DNA from: Actinomycetota bacterium
Lineage (GTDB): Bacteria > Actinomycetota > Actinomycetes > Actinomycetales > Dermatophilaceae
Direction of reading: 5' to 3'
Length of the DNA stretch: 64,000 nucleotides
NCBI GenBank assembly: GCA_040006795.1
Contig: JBDTWH010000166.1
Span: 27,780-91,779 of the forward strand
Positions within the stretch are counted from its first letter, which is position 1. The number at the start of each line of letters is the position of its first letter. Below are positions 9,073 to 18,647 of this stretch, one piece after another. The notes below the pieces were generated by a model. That model was not told the DNA's origin. It did not search any database and saw nothing but the letters and a program-made list of their open reading frames with translations. The translations under genes and the position numbers were made by a program.

Positions 9073-9677
9073 CTCAAGAATCCCCGTCGCCGATCGGCAC
9101 CGTCGCCCAGGAGGCAGCGCGGCTGATCGAGGATATGGCCGCCATGGCTCGGAGCCAGAGCCCTGATCAGACCAGCCGGTATGCCGGTGAGCCGGCTGAG
9201 GAGCCTGTCCGGCCGAAGGCACAACACGGTCCGGCTCAGGGGCAGCATCGCGACGAGAGGGATCGCGAGGGACAGCCGGGCGAGGCCCGACATCGCGGGG
9301 AGCAGCATCGCGGGGAGCAGCATCGCGAAGGGCCCGATCCCCAGGCGTTTGGTCCAGGTGCCACGGACCAGCCAGGCGAAGGCGCCTGTAGTCACTGTGG
9401 TGCCGAACCGGGCGACAGCCGCGGCGATGACGTCCGCTCGACCTGCACGCTCTGCCCGGTGTGCCGGGGAATCGATCTGTTGCGTTCGGTCCGGCCCGAG
9501 ACCATCGATCTGCTGGCGGATCTGGCCATGTCTGTGGCCGGTGGTCTAAGGGACTTTGCCCTGCGCTCACGGGGCCCCGAGGCGGGGTCCTCAGCCACCT
9601 CGGGTGCCGGAGGGTCCCCCGATCCTGACCGGGCGCCGGTCCAGGACATTCCGGTGGATGACGAGAGCGAAGGATGA
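9069..9677 (+). CDS. Hypothetical protein, DUF5304-like by recollection, with a C-terminal Cys cluster
   Basis: ORF 9033..9677 trimmed to the ATG at 9069, which overlaps the ArsA stop (ATGA). Contains CSHCG...CTLCPVCRG and an HRGEQ repeat. It occupies the slot just upstream of glk. Confidence 0.55.
   Translation: MTQESPSPIGTVAQEAARLIEDMAAMARSQSPDQTSRYAGEPAEEPVRPKAQHGPAQGQHRDERDREGQPGEARHRGEQHRGEQHREGPDPQAFGPGATDQPGEGACSHCGAEPGDSRGDDVRSTCTLCPVCRGIDLLRSVRPETIDLLADLAMSVAGGLRDFALRSRGPEAGSSATSGAGGSPDPDRAPVQDIPVDDESEG
9291..9327 (+). repeat. In-frame 15-bp tandem repeat (catcgcggggagcag x2 plus a partial copy) encoding HRGEQ-HRGEQ-HREG
   Basis: Read directly from the sequence, inside CDS 9069..9677. 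Confidence 0.9.
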
Positions 9678-9848
9678 CGTTGTGAGCCTGACTCCCGAGC
9701 TGTCCGCAGACCACAGGATCGACCTGGCTCTGCCGGTCATTCGACGCCGGCTGACCAGTCGCGGTTGCCGGCCTGAGCGCCGGACTTCCCTCGCCACTGC
9801 CGGCCGTGATGCCGGTTTGCCCGGAGCCTGCGACCTCGCCGTGCTGGT

Positions 9849-10838
9849 GTGCGCATGAGACCCCGACTCGCTATCGGGATCGACATCGGCGGCACGAAGG
9901 TCGCCGGCGGTGTTGTCGACGTCGATGGCTCGGTCATCCACCGCGCACGACGAGACACGCCTCACCGTTCCAAGAGCCCATCGGTCGTTGAGGGGACGAT
10001 CGTCGAGGTGGTGGCCGAGCTGATGCAGCTTGCCGGCCCTGGCGCTGTCGTCGCTGTCGGTATCGGTGCTGCCGGCTTTGTTGCCGCGGACCGGGCGACC
10101 GTCGTCTTCGCACCGCATCTGTCGTGGCGTCACGAGCCACTCCGAGAAGCCCTGCAGAAGCGGGTGGCTGTGCCGATCTACGTCGACAACGACGCCAACG
10201 CGGCCGTATGGGCCGAATGGAAGTTCGGGGCCGCGCAGGGCCAGACCCACGTCATGATGATCACGCTGGGAACCGGCATTGGTGGCGGCATCCTGATAAA
10301 CGGCAAGGTGCAACGTGGTCGATTTGGCATCGCCGGCGAGTTTGGGCACATGCAGGTCCTGCCCGGGGGCCACCGATGCGAGTGCGGCAACCGCGGATGC
10401 TGGGAGCAGTACGCCAGCGGCAACGCCCTGGTGCGAGAAGCTCACTCGCTCTTCTCCGCGAACTCTCCCATGGCCAACGATCTGCTCGACAGTGTTGAAG
10501 GCGTCGTGGACAACCTCACCGGGCCGCTGATCACCCAGGCCGCGCGCGACGGGGACCCGACGGCGCGCGAGCTCATCGCCGAGATCGGCAACTGGCTCGG
10601 CGTCGGTATCGCGAACCTGGCAGCGGCCTTGGACCCCGGCATGTTCGTCATCGGCGGCGGGGTGAGTGCTGCCGGTGAGCTCCTGGTGGGCCCTGCACGC
10701 GAGACGTTCAAGCGGCAGCTGCCCGGACGGGGATACCGGCCAGAAGCTCAGATCGTGGTCGCCCGGCTGGGCAACGAGGCAGGCCTGATCGGGGCGGCAG
10801 ACCTTGCTCGCCATACGGCCGTGGAACCGGTCGACTGA
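9849..10838 (+). CDS. glk: ROK-family glucokinase
   Basis: 329 aa. IGIDIGGTKVAGGVVD (ATP-binding), GIAGEFGHM, and the ROK zinc motif CECGNRGCWEQYASG. The start is GTG at 9849 or ATG at 9855. Confidence 0.9.
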   Translation: MRMRPRLAIGIDIGGTKVAGGVVDVDGSVIHRARRDTPHRSKSPSVVEGTIVEVVAELMQLAGPGAVVAVGIGAAGFVAADRATVVFAPHLSWRHEPLREALQKRVAVPIYVDNDANAAVWAEWKFGAAQGQTHVMMITLGTGIGGGILINGKVQRGRFGIAGEFGHMQVLPGGHRCECGNRGCWEQYASGNALVREAHSLFSANSPMANDLLDSVEGVVDNLTGPLITQAARDGDPTARELIAEIGNWLGVGIANLAAALDPGMFVIGGGVSAAGELLVGPARETFKRQLPGRGYRPEAQIVVARLGNEAGLIGAADLARHTAVEPVD

Positions 10839-10950
10839 CCGGGCCGTAGTGATGCGGTCGAGCTGACGGAAGCTCTCTCAGGCCAGGTCCCGATGTCGAG
10901 GCAGCGGGCCTGCGGCGGCGAGTCGCTTCCCGTCACTGCCGCTGCACGTC

Positions 10951-11616
10951 TCAGAGTCGTGCGCCGTCGTCGTCATCGTCCCGGTGGCCCGGCATTCTCG
11001 AGACCAGCATCGCGAAGCCGCCCACCGACATGGCGATGGCTGCGAGGATCCAGTAGCTGCTTGCCTCGCGGTCGAAGAACACGAGGTACAGCAACAGCAG
11101 GGGCCCGCCCGTCATGCCGGCGATGATGGCCCAGAACTGCAGGTCGCCGGCCGGCAGGGGCGTCACCGGTGGAGGCTCGAAATGCTCCTCCGGCTCGTCG
11201 TCCACCTCATGTGCTCGCCAGACCTGCGCAGCTGGGTCCACCTGTGCATCGCCAGAGGGATCGCCAGAGGGATCGACGGACGCATCGCCAGAGGGATCGA
11301 CGGACGCATCGACGGACGCATCGACCCGCTTCGGCGGCCACGGGGGCGGGTTGATGCCCCAGTGGCCTGATCCGCCGGACCGAGACTCACCTACGGGCTC
11401 GTCACCGGGCGCAAGGGTGGTCTGGCCGTCCGGCCCGTCGGCAACCTTGTCGGCTGAGTCGACCTCGGCGGTGGCGTCCTCGCCCGCAGGCTCGTCCGCC
11501 TCGCGGGTTGTCTGCACCTCTTGTGCCACATCATCGTTCAGGTGAGCCACGATGTCGGCGAAGATCGCGTCATCATCGAAGCTGTCGGGTGATCGCCGAC
11601 GGTCTGCATCGTTCAC
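10951..11616 (-). CDS. Hypothetical acidic protein with a C-terminal double-TM anchor and a mosaic tetrapeptide repeat
   Basis: 221 aa. The N-terminal half is Asp/Glu-rich, with repeats ASVD/PSGD. The C-terminus has FWAIIAGMTGGPLLLLYLVFF and WILAAIAMSVGGFAMLV. ATGA overlap with the upstream hydrolase gene. Confidence 0.55.
   Translation of the reverse strand: MNDADRRRSPDSFDDDAIFADIVAHLNDDVAQEVQTTREADEPAGEDATAEVDSADKVADGPDGQTTLAPGDEPVGESRSGGSGHWGINPPPWPPKRVDASVDASVDPSGDASVDPSGDPSGDAQVDPAAQVWRAHEVDDEPEEHFEPPPVTPLPAGDLQFWAIIAGMTGGPLLLLYLVFFDREASSYWILAAIAMSVGGFAMLVSRMPGHRDDDDDGARL
11248..11319 (-). repeat. Mosaic of two 12-bp units arranged A-A-B-A-B-B, in frame
   Basis: On the plus strand A is atcgccagaggg and B is atcgacggacgc. 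All six copies are perfect. On the coding strand they encode (ASVD)2-PSGD-ASVD-(PSGD)2. Confidence 0.95.
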
Positions 11617-12362
11617 GTCGAAGCGATGCGATCGATGAACTTGGCGGACTCGTCAAAGATGCGCGGGGCGTCATTGTCAATGGTGGCAACGTGGTACGAG
11701 TCCTCGAGCAGGATCTGGGTGACGTCACGGCTCGAGATTCGGGACAGGATCAACGCCGAGCTTGACGCCGGGACGACGTGGTCCTCCTTCGAGCGCAGGA
11801 GCAGCACCGGCTGGGTGACCTCCGGCAGGTCCCGGATGACCGCCTTCCACGCGTTCAGCTGGGAGTGAGATGCCTTGAGCGGGGTGCGGGTGTATGCGAG
11901 CTCTGTGACTCCCGGTTTCTTGACGTCATTGCCGATGGCTTCCACCGACCCCATGAGGTGCTTCAGGACGGGGAGCAGGCGGGTTCGCGGGTCGTCGAAC
12001 TTGACTGCGGGGTTGACCAGGACCAGGCCGCTGATCCGCGGGCCGTGTTCCTGGGCCAGCTGCAGTGACAAGGCGCCACCCATCGACAGCCCTGCGACGA
12101 TGACACGCTCGCACCTCTGGTGCAGATCGCGGAATGCCCTGTCGACGCAGCCATACCAGTCTTGCCAGGTGGTGGCGTTCATCTCCTGCCAGGTGGTGCC
12201 ATGGCCGGGCAGCAGGGGCACCCGCACCGTGTAGCCCCGGTCCGCGAGGTACTCGCCCCACGGACGCATACTCTGCGGCGTGCCGGTGAAACCGTGGCAT
12301 AACAGCACCCCAACCTCGGATCCGTCATGATTGAACGGTTCGGCCCCGGTGAGAACGGCCAC
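11613..12362 (-). CDS. Alpha/beta hydrolase (carboxylesterase / monoacylglycerol-lipase-like)
   Basis: 249 aa. HGFTG oxyanion region, GLSMGG nucleophile elbow, and a late D/H pair (KEDHVV, DSYHV). Confidence 0.85.
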   Translation of the reverse strand: MAVLTGAEPFNHDGSEVGVLLCHGFTGTPQSMRPWGEYLADRGYTVRVPLLPGHGTTWQEMNATTWQDWYGCVDRAFRDLHQRCERVIVAGLSMGGALSLQLAQEHGPRISGLVLVNPAVKFDDPRTRLLPVLKHLMGSVEAIGNDVKKPGVTELAYTRTPLKASHSQLNAWKAVIRDLPEVTQPVLLLRSKEDHVVPASSSALILSRISSRDVTQILLEDSYHVATIDNDAPRIFDESAKFIDRIAST

Positions 12363-12501
12363 GGGTTCACCCCTGAGTTTTCGAAGAGACAGCGATCATC
12401 GTTACAGGGAATCCTCGCACGACCCTGGACCCGCGCATAGTGTCGTAAGATTCACGCGTCGTCAATGGGTCTGGTTTCTCAGCTGAAGGAGAGGTTCTGA
12501 G

Positions 12502-13479
12502 TTGTTCTACTGGGTGCTCAAGACCCTCATCCTCGGTCCCATCCTGAGGTTGCTGTTCCGTCCGTGGGTCGAGGGCGAGGAGAATATCCCCACCGAGGGA
12601 GCCGCGATCTTCGCCAGCAACCACCTGTCGTTCTCCGACTCGATCTTCCTGCCACTCGTGGTGTCGCGGCGGGTCACTTTCCTGGCCAAGTCCGACTACT
12701 TCAACGGTCGTGGTCTCAAGGGCCGAGCGACAGCGGCTTTCTTCAAGGGTGCCGGCCAGCTGTCAGTGGACCGCTCCGGTGGACGGGCCGGACAGGCGGC
12801 AGTGAACAGCGGTCTGAAGGTTCTGCGAAGGGGCGACCTCCTCGGCATCTATCCCGAGGGCACCCGTTCACCAGACGGCCGGCTCTACCGTGGACGCACC
12901 GGCGTGGCCAGGATGTCGCTCCAGGCGCGCTGCCCCGTGTTGCCGGTGGCCATGATCGGAACCGACAAGGCTCAGCCGAGCGGCAAGCGAGTCCCCAAGA
13001 TCATGCGCATCGGCGTGCGCATCGGCAAGCCGCTGGACTTCTCCCGCTATGAAGGCATGGAGGATGACCGGTTCGTCCTGCGCTCAGTCACCGACGAGAT
13101 CATGTACGAGCTGATGCTTCTGTCTCGTCAGGAGTATGTCGACATGTACGCCACCTCTATGAAGGACCGCCTGCTTGCCGCAGCCAGGGCCAAGGCCAGG
13201 GAGCTGCAGCATGAGGCCGCAGACACGATCGAGAAGATCGACAAGCGCAAGGGTGATGCAGGAGCGCATGCCAACGAGGCTCCCGGGAAAGATCCCGGAT
13301 CGGTCGCCGACGATGTGCCTGCCGACGATGTGGTCGGGGACGATGTGGTCGCGGACGCCTTGGATCCCGATGCCGTGGCCCCGGACGGCGTGGCTCCGGA
13401 GACCGTCCCAGAACAGGTGACCCCCGACGATGCAAGCCGTCCGGCGACACCGCAGGGCGACGAGCGCGCGGCCAGCTAG
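12502..13479 (+). CDS. plsC: 1-acyl-sn-glycerol-3-phosphate acyltransferase family protein with a low-complexity acidic C-terminal tail
   Basis: TTG start. Hx4D motif at NHLSFSD, then YPEGTRSPDG. The C-terminal ~90 aa are Asp/Pro/Val-rich. Confidence 0.85.
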   Translation: MFYWVLKTLILGPILRLLFRPWVEGEENIPTEGAAIFASNHLSFSDSIFLPLVVSRRVTFLAKSDYFNGRGLKGRATAAFFKGAGQLSVDRSGGRAGQAAVNSGLKVLRRGDLLGIYPEGTRSPDGRLYRGRTGVARMSLQARCPVLPVAMIGTDKAQPSGKRVPKIMRIGVRIGKPLDFSRYEGMEDDRFVLRSVTDEIMYELMLLSRQEYVDMYATSMKDRLLAAARAKARELQHEAADTIEKIDKRKGDAGAHANEAPGKDPGSVADDVPADDVVGDDVVADALDPDAVAPDGVAPETVPEQVTPDDASRPATPQGDERAAS

Positions 13480-13571
13480 AAAATATGGGGTTGGGGCGGC
13501 CGGGCGACACCTCGGTGCGACCCGCGCGTGGCCCGCTGACGTCTGGGTGCATACCTGCCGGGGTGCACGTG

Positions 13572-14771
13572 CTATCCAGCCGTCGTGGGGGCGAGCAGCT
13601 CCTGGGCGATGCGAGCTCCGATGGGCAGACAGGCGGTTGCCGCGGGAGACGGGGCGTTCAGGACGTGGAGCACATCGCCTGAACGCCGGAACAGGAAGTC
13701 ATCCACGAGGCTGCCATCGTTTGTCACAGCCTGTGCTCGCACTCCCGACATCGACGCACGCAGATCGTCCGCCTTGAGCTCAGGGAGCATCTCCCTTGCC
13801 TCCCGGAGCATTGAGCGTCCGAACAACGACCGGCTGACCTCATGAGCCCCGACGCGGCCGTACCGGCGAGCCAGATGCCAGGTCCCGCCGTAGCCGAGGG
13901 TCTCGGCCAGGTCCCGGGCGGAGAAGGCACGCCAGGAGTAACCCTCACGGGCCAGCGCCGGCACGGCGTTGGGCCCTACATGGACCACGTCGTCCAGGCC
14001 TCGGGTTAGGTGGACCCCGAGGAACGGCAGCTCAGGGTCGGGGACCGGGTACACGAGTCCGCGAACCAGGTGGGCCCGTGCGGGCACCAGCTCGCTGTAC
14101 TCACCACGGAACGGCAGGATTCTCACCCCCGGTTCGATCCCGCAGGCACGAGCCAGGCGGTCGGAGTGGAGCCCGGCGCACACCGCGACGCGGTGGGCAA
14201 CGATGACGTCCTTGTCGGTCTGGACCCGCACCTCACCGCATGTGGTCGTCACAGACAGCACAGGTTCGCCAAATCGGATCGTCCCACCGCGGCTGAGCAT
14301 CTCGTCCGCGAGGGCGCCCGCGACCTTCCGGTAGTCCACCCTGCCGGTGGACTCCACTATGAGGGCTCCGAGCACCCGAAGGGCCGGCTCCCTCTCAGCG
14401 ACCTCGTCGAGGTCGGCACGTCGCACGGGGACCGAGTTCTGGTGTCCCCGTGCCAGGAGGTTGTCCAGCTTGACGAGGTCGTGTTCCCGGGTGGCCACCA
14501 CGAGCTTTCCCGACACGTCGAACGGAATAGCGTGCTCGGTGCAGTAGGACTGCAGATCTCGCGCGCCCTGCAGAACCAGTCGAGCCTTGAGGGATCCGGG
14601 GGTGTAGTAGAGCCCCGAGTGGATGACCCCCGAGTTGTGGCCCGTCTGGTGGTGCGCCACGTCGTGCTCCTTCTCGACGAGGACGGTGGTGCGACCCGGG
14701 TCGAGCTCCTGCAGTGCCTTGGCGACGGCCAGGCCCACGATGCCGCCTCCGACGACGACGTTGGGGAGCAT
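13572..14771 (-). CDS. lhgO: FAD-dependent L-2-hydroxyglutarate oxidase/dehydrogenase-like oxidoreductase
   Basis: ORF 13572..14846 trimmed to MLPNVVVGGGIVGLAVAKAL (GxGxxG). HQTGHNSGVIHSGLYYTPGSLKA is typical of LhgO. Confidence 0.78.
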   Translation of the reverse strand: MLPNVVVGGGIVGLAVAKALQELDPGRTTVLVEKEHDVAHHQTGHNSGVIHSGLYYTPGSLKARLVLQGARDLQSYCTEHAIPFDVSGKLVVATREHDLVKLDNLLARGHQNSVPVRRADLDEVAEREPALRVLGALIVESTGRVDYRKVAGALADEMLSRGGTIRFGEPVLSVTTTCGEVRVQTDKDVIVAHRVAVCAGLHSDRLARACGIEPGVRILPFRGEYSELVPARAHLVRGLVYPVPDPELPFLGVHLTRGLDDVVHVGPNAVPALAREGYSWRAFSARDLAETLGYGGTWHLARRYGRVGAHEVSRSLFGRSMLREAREMLPELKADDLRASMSGVRAQAVTNDGSLVDDFLFRRSGDVLHVLNAPSPAATACLPIGARIAQELLAPTTAG

Positions 14772-14920
14772 CACAGGGGGTCCCGACGGCAGCGGGCACC
14801 GGGGATGACGGAGGTACCTGCGTTGGCAGGTGCGTCTGTTCTGCACGATCTAGGCACCCGATGACTCTACCGATCGGCCGAACCCGGCAGCGAACCCCGT
14901 GGGCGGACTCCGCCCTGCGC

Positions 14921-16144
14921 TCAGGTGCCGGCTGTCTTCGAGTCCCGGCGCGTCTCCGGCATCAGCAGAGTCGTGACGAATGCGAGCCCGGAGACGGCCG
15001 CCGTCGCCAGGAACGCCACTTCGAAGGAAGCCGCGTCCGTGAGGGCTCCGGCGACGAGCGGGCCGAGGAAGGCGCCCGCGTCTGAGGCCATCTGGAAGGC
15101 AGCGACCGGCGTCCCCCCTCGTCCGCCTATGACGTCTCCCACGACGGCGGCCGAGGATACTCCGAGCAGGGCCGAGCCGGCGCCGTACAGAGCCATTCCG
15201 GCGAGGAAGAGGGGCGCGCCACCCGCGACTGCCATCGTCACCCCTGCCACCAGCGACAAGGCTGCCCCGACGCGAAGGTACGGGCGACGTCCACGGGTGT
15301 CGACCAGCCGGCCCGTCGGCATGAGGACAAGCCCCTGCACCACCGCTGACAGGACCAGCCCGGCGCCTGTCCAGGTGGGGCCGAGACGCAGGCCTTCAAC
15401 GACAAACAAGGGGATAAGGGATGAGCGGACCCCGAAGATCGCCCATCCGACGGCGAAGTTGTTGACAACCGCAGCCCGGTAGGCCGGACTGCGCAGCGCC
15501 GTTCCCAGCGGGGTGGGGGCATGGTCGGCGGTGCCCGCGAGAACCTCGTGCTCGCGTAGCGCCGTGCGCGCGAGGAACACCGTTGCCACACTCCCGGCGG
15601 CGAGCAGGGTGATTGCGTAGACGAAGAAGGGAGCGCGCAGCGACCAGGCGGTGAGCGGTCCGCCGAAGGCAGGACCGGCGATCGCTCCCAGCAGGAACCC
15701 CGTCTGGTAGGTGCCTGCGGCCCGGCCGCGCTGGTCGGGGGCGACCACGCGCAGCAGAAGGGCGAACGACGAGACCGTGAACATTGCCGAGCCGAGGCCG
15801 CCGATGCCGCGCAGCACGATGAGCTGGGAGTAGTTGCCGGAGAACCCGGCGAGCAGGCTGGACACCCCGACGATGCCGATCCCGCTGGCCAGCACCAGTC
15901 GCTCACCGAAGCGGTTGACCAGGCGGCCGGCAACCGGCGCGGAGGCGAAGCGCACCAGGGCGAACACCGAGATGACCGCGCCTGCGGCGAAGTTGGTGAC
16001 GCCGAAGTCCTTGGCGAACAGCGGGATGGCCGGGGCCACGATCCCGAAGCCGAGGGCGACCGAGAAGGCAACTGCGGTCAGGACCGCCACCTCAGGTGGC
16101 AGGGATCCGAAGGGATTTCGTGGGGCGCGCATACGAGTCCTCAT
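14921..16144 (-). CDS. MFS transporter
   Basis: ORF 14921..16264 trimmed to MRTRMRAP. About 12 hydrophobic segments. The GRLVNRFGERL loop is the MFS signature between TM2 and TM3. Confidence 0.8.
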   Translation of the reverse strand: MRTRMRAPRNPFGSLPPEVAVLTAVAFSVALGFGIVAPAIPLFAKDFGVTNFAAGAVISVFALVRFASAPVAGRLVNRFGERLVLASGIGIVGVSSLLAGFSGNYSQLIVLRGIGGLGSAMFTVSSFALLLRVVAPDQRGRAAGTYQTGFLLGAIAGPAFGGPLTAWSLRAPFFVYAITLLAAGSVATVFLARTALREHEVLAGTADHAPTPLGTALRSPAYRAAVVNNFAVGWAIFGVRSSLIPLFVVEGLRLGPTWTGAGLVLSAVVQGLVLMPTGRLVDTRGRRPYLRVGAALSLVAGVTMAVAGGAPLFLAGMALYGAGSALLGVSSAAVVGDVIGGRGGTPVAAFQMASDAGAFLGPLVAGALTDAASFEVAFLATAAVSGLAFVTTLLMPETRRDSKTAGT

Positions 16145-16321
16145 CCTGCCACCTGCGGGGTCGTCTGCCTCAAGCTCATCCTTTCGACACCTGACGATCC
16201 GGAACTCGTCATGCCATGAGGAGCTGAATGTCGGCAGTTCCACCAAGCAACTGCTAGATTTCACCTAGCATCTGATGGTTGAGCCCCCGCGGGGGCCGAT
16301 GAGGGAGTTCTGGTGAGCTGA

Positions 16322-16807
16322 ATGACCCACGACCAGCTATATGACGCCTTTGGCGCCTACGTGCGCAGCCAGCGAGAGCTTGCCCAGCTGACTCTGCGCC
16401 AGGCGGCCGAGCTGGCCAGCATCTCCAACCCTTACCTGAGCCAGATCGAGCATGGACTGGCGCTGCCCTCGATCGCAGTGCTCAGCGCCCTCGCCGAGGC
16501 GCTGAGCGTCTCTGCCGAGACGATGCTGCTCCGCGCGGCCGGCATAGCGCCCCTCGGCTCGCAGGGACCTTCAAACCAGACCGAGGACTCCATTCGCCAG
16601 GACGCCCGGCTCGACTTCAGCCAGAAGCGCGCGCTGCTTGCGGTGCTGGCGTCCTTCGTAGGCTCGTCGCCAGAACCGGTGTCCGGTGACTCGACAGAGT
16701 CGTCTGACCCTGTGCGGCTCGTGGCGCACAACGGCACACCAAAACGTACGTCAGCCCGGCCGGCAGTCGCCGCTCGAGCCGCCAGTCACCGACGAAAAGG
16801 GGTATGA
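16322..16807 (+). CDS. XRE-family helix-turn-helix transcriptional regulator
   Basis: 161 aa. LTLRQAAELASISNPYLSQIEHG is a classic Cro/C1 HTH. Divergent from the MFS gene. Its stop overlaps the next start (ATGA). Confidence 0.75.
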   Translation: MTHDQLYDAFGAYVRSQRELAQLTLRQAAELASISNPYLSQIEHGLALPSIAVLSALAEALSVSAETMLLRAAGIAPLGSQGPSNQTEDSIRQDARLDFSQKRALLAVLASFVGSSPEPVSGDSTESSDPVRLVAHNGTPKRTSARPAVAARAASHRRKGV

Positions 16808-17718
16808 CGATGTCTGATCTGCGATTTGACGGACGGGTAGCCATCATCACCGGAGCTGGTGGCGGGCTTGGGCGAAGTCACGCGCTCGAGCTCGCTCGCA
16901 GGGGAGCCAGCGTCCTGGTGAACGATCTCGGGGGCGCGGTCGATGGCAGCGGCGCCTCTGAGAGTGCTGCAGACCGGGTCGTCCAGGAGATCGCCGCCCT
17001 TGGCGGGATCGCGGCGGCCAACCATGACAGCGTGGCCACATCGGAGGGGGGACGGGCGATCGTGCAGGCTGCGATCGATGCGTTCGGCCGTGTCGACATC
17101 GTTGTCAACAACGCGGGCATCCTGCGTGACAAGGCCTTCCACAACATGGACGACGCCATGATTCAGTCAGTGATTGACGTCCACCTCAAAGGGGCTTTCA
17201 ACGTCAGCCAGCCGGCTTATCGTCTGATGCGTGAACAGGGGTACGGCCGTATCGTCAACACCACCTCGGCCTCGGGCCTCTTCGGCAACTTCGGTCAGGC
17301 CAACTATGGCGCGGCCAAGGCCGCCCTGGCCGGCCTGACCCGGGTACTCGCACTGGAAGGCGCCAGCCACGGCATCAAGGTCAACGCCATTGCGCCGCTC
17401 GCGGCAACCAGGATGACGCAGGACATCCTGGGGGAGCTCGCGGCAAAGGTCTCGCCCAGCTCCGTGAGCCCTCTGGTCGCCTACCTCGCCCATGAGGAGT
17501 GCGCGGTCAGCGGAAACGTCTACTCCGTGGCTGGCGGTCGGATCGCCAGGATATTCGTGGCGGAGACGCAGGGAGTCGTGCTCGGCGAGAACACTTCCGA
17601 GGAGATTCGCTCCAGCATGTCACTCATCGACGTGGTGGATGTTGAGCACGCTCACCTGCCGTCCTCGCTCGAGGACGCGACGACGATCATCGCGAAGGCG
17701 CTTTCAGAGGCTTCCTGA
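16804..17718 (+). CDS. Short-chain dehydrogenase/reductase (HSD17B4 N-terminal-like)
   Basis: 304 aa. ITGAGGGLG cofactor motif, NNAG, and the catalytic YGAAK. Confidence 0.85.
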   Translation: MTMSDLRFDGRVAIITGAGGGLGRSHALELARRGASVLVNDLGGAVDGSGASESAADRVVQEIAALGGIAAANHDSVATSEGGRAIVQAAIDAFGRVDIVVNNAGILRDKAFHNMDDAMIQSVIDVHLKGAFNVSQPAYRLMREQGYGRIVNTTSASGLFGNFGQANYGAAKAALAGLTRVLALEGASHGIKVNAIAPLAATRMTQDILGELAAKVSPSSVSPLVAYLAHEECAVSGNVYSVAGGRIARIFVAETQGVVLGENTSEEIRSSMSLIDVVDVEHAHLPSSLEDATTIIAKALSEAS

Positions 17719-17731
17719 GGGAACCCGAACG

Positions 17732-17771
17732 CCGGCTGGTCGGGCGACGTGCAGTCGTCCCGGCCAGCCGG
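17732..17771. terminator. GC-rich hairpin between convergent genes (candidate bidirectional terminator)
   Basis: CCGGCTGGTCGGGCGAC-gtgca-GTCGTCCCGGCCAGCCGG. About a 16-bp stem with one wobble and one bulge. No U-tract. It sits between the SDR stop (17718) and the ABC permease stop (17787). Confidence 0.45.
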
Positions 17772-17786
17772 TAAGCCGTTGCGGCG

Positions 17787-18647
17787 TCAGGCGTTCCGAC
17801 GACGCAGAAACACTGCGGCCACTGCGAGCAAAGCGGCGACCCAGGCGAGCAGGACCCCGTAGCCCTGCCATGGGCTGAGCACGGCGCCGACGACATCCGG
17901 GGATCCCGCACCGGTCTGCGCGGCCATCAGGATCGTGGACCCCGCCGTTCCCGGCAAGAACGGACCCATCAGCTGCAACGGCCTCCACGGGATCTGGAAG
18001 AGGGTGGGGACCACCAGAAGGAGGCCCAGCACCGTGGCCAGAGCGCCGGCGGAGTGGCGAAGGAGCGCGCCGATCGCGAAAGCCAGCAGGGCGATCGCGG
18101 CCAGGTAGAGCGGGACACCGGCCAGGATGCGCCACGTCTGGCCGTCACCGAAGTCGGGGGCCAGGCCCTTGGAGCGCAGGAACAGCTCCATGACGCCGAC
18201 CGAGATGCCCACGGCGACCGTTGAGACCAGCAGTATCGCGGCTGTCAGGACGACGCCTTTGGCCCACAGCGCCGGGAGGCGACGCGGGACAGCAGCAAGG
18301 GTTGAGCGGATCATCCCGGTGGAGTACTCGCCAGTGATGACCAGCGTGCCGAGCACTGCCACGGCGAGCTGGGCGATGCCTGCGGCAATGGAGAACGCGA
18401 TCACGCTGGTATCGGGCCCTGGTGTGCCGTGCCCGCCGTTCCCGGAGGTGATCATGATGCAGAACAAGGTCACGATCCCGACGATGGCGACGACCATGGA
18501 TGCGAGTGTCCAGATCGTCGACCTCAAGGTGCGGAACTTGATCCACTCGGACCTCACGACCCGCGGGAAGGTGACCCGAAGGTTGTCGGCGGGCGGGCTG
18601 CCCGGAGGGGAGGTCGCCGTGGGAGAGGTCAGGGTGCTCGTGCTCAT
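17787..18647 (-). CDS. ABC-2-type transporter permease
   Basis: 286 aa, about 6 TM segments, ATGA-coupled to the upstream ATPase gene. Confidence 0.72.
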   Translation of the reverse strand: MSTSTLTSPTATSPPGSPPADNLRVTFPRVVRSEWIKFRTLRSTIWTLASMVVAIVGIVTLFCIMITSGNGGHGTPGPDTSVIAFSIAAGIAQLAVAVLGTLVITGEYSTGMIRSTLAAVPRRLPALWAKGVVLTAAILLVSTVAVGISVGVMELFLRSKGLAPDFGDGQTWRILAGVPLYLAAIALLAFAIGALLRHSAGALATVLGLLLVVPTLFQIPWRPLQLMGPFLPGTAGSTILMAAQTGAGSPDVVGAVLSPWQGYGVLLAWVAALLAVAAVFLRRRNA

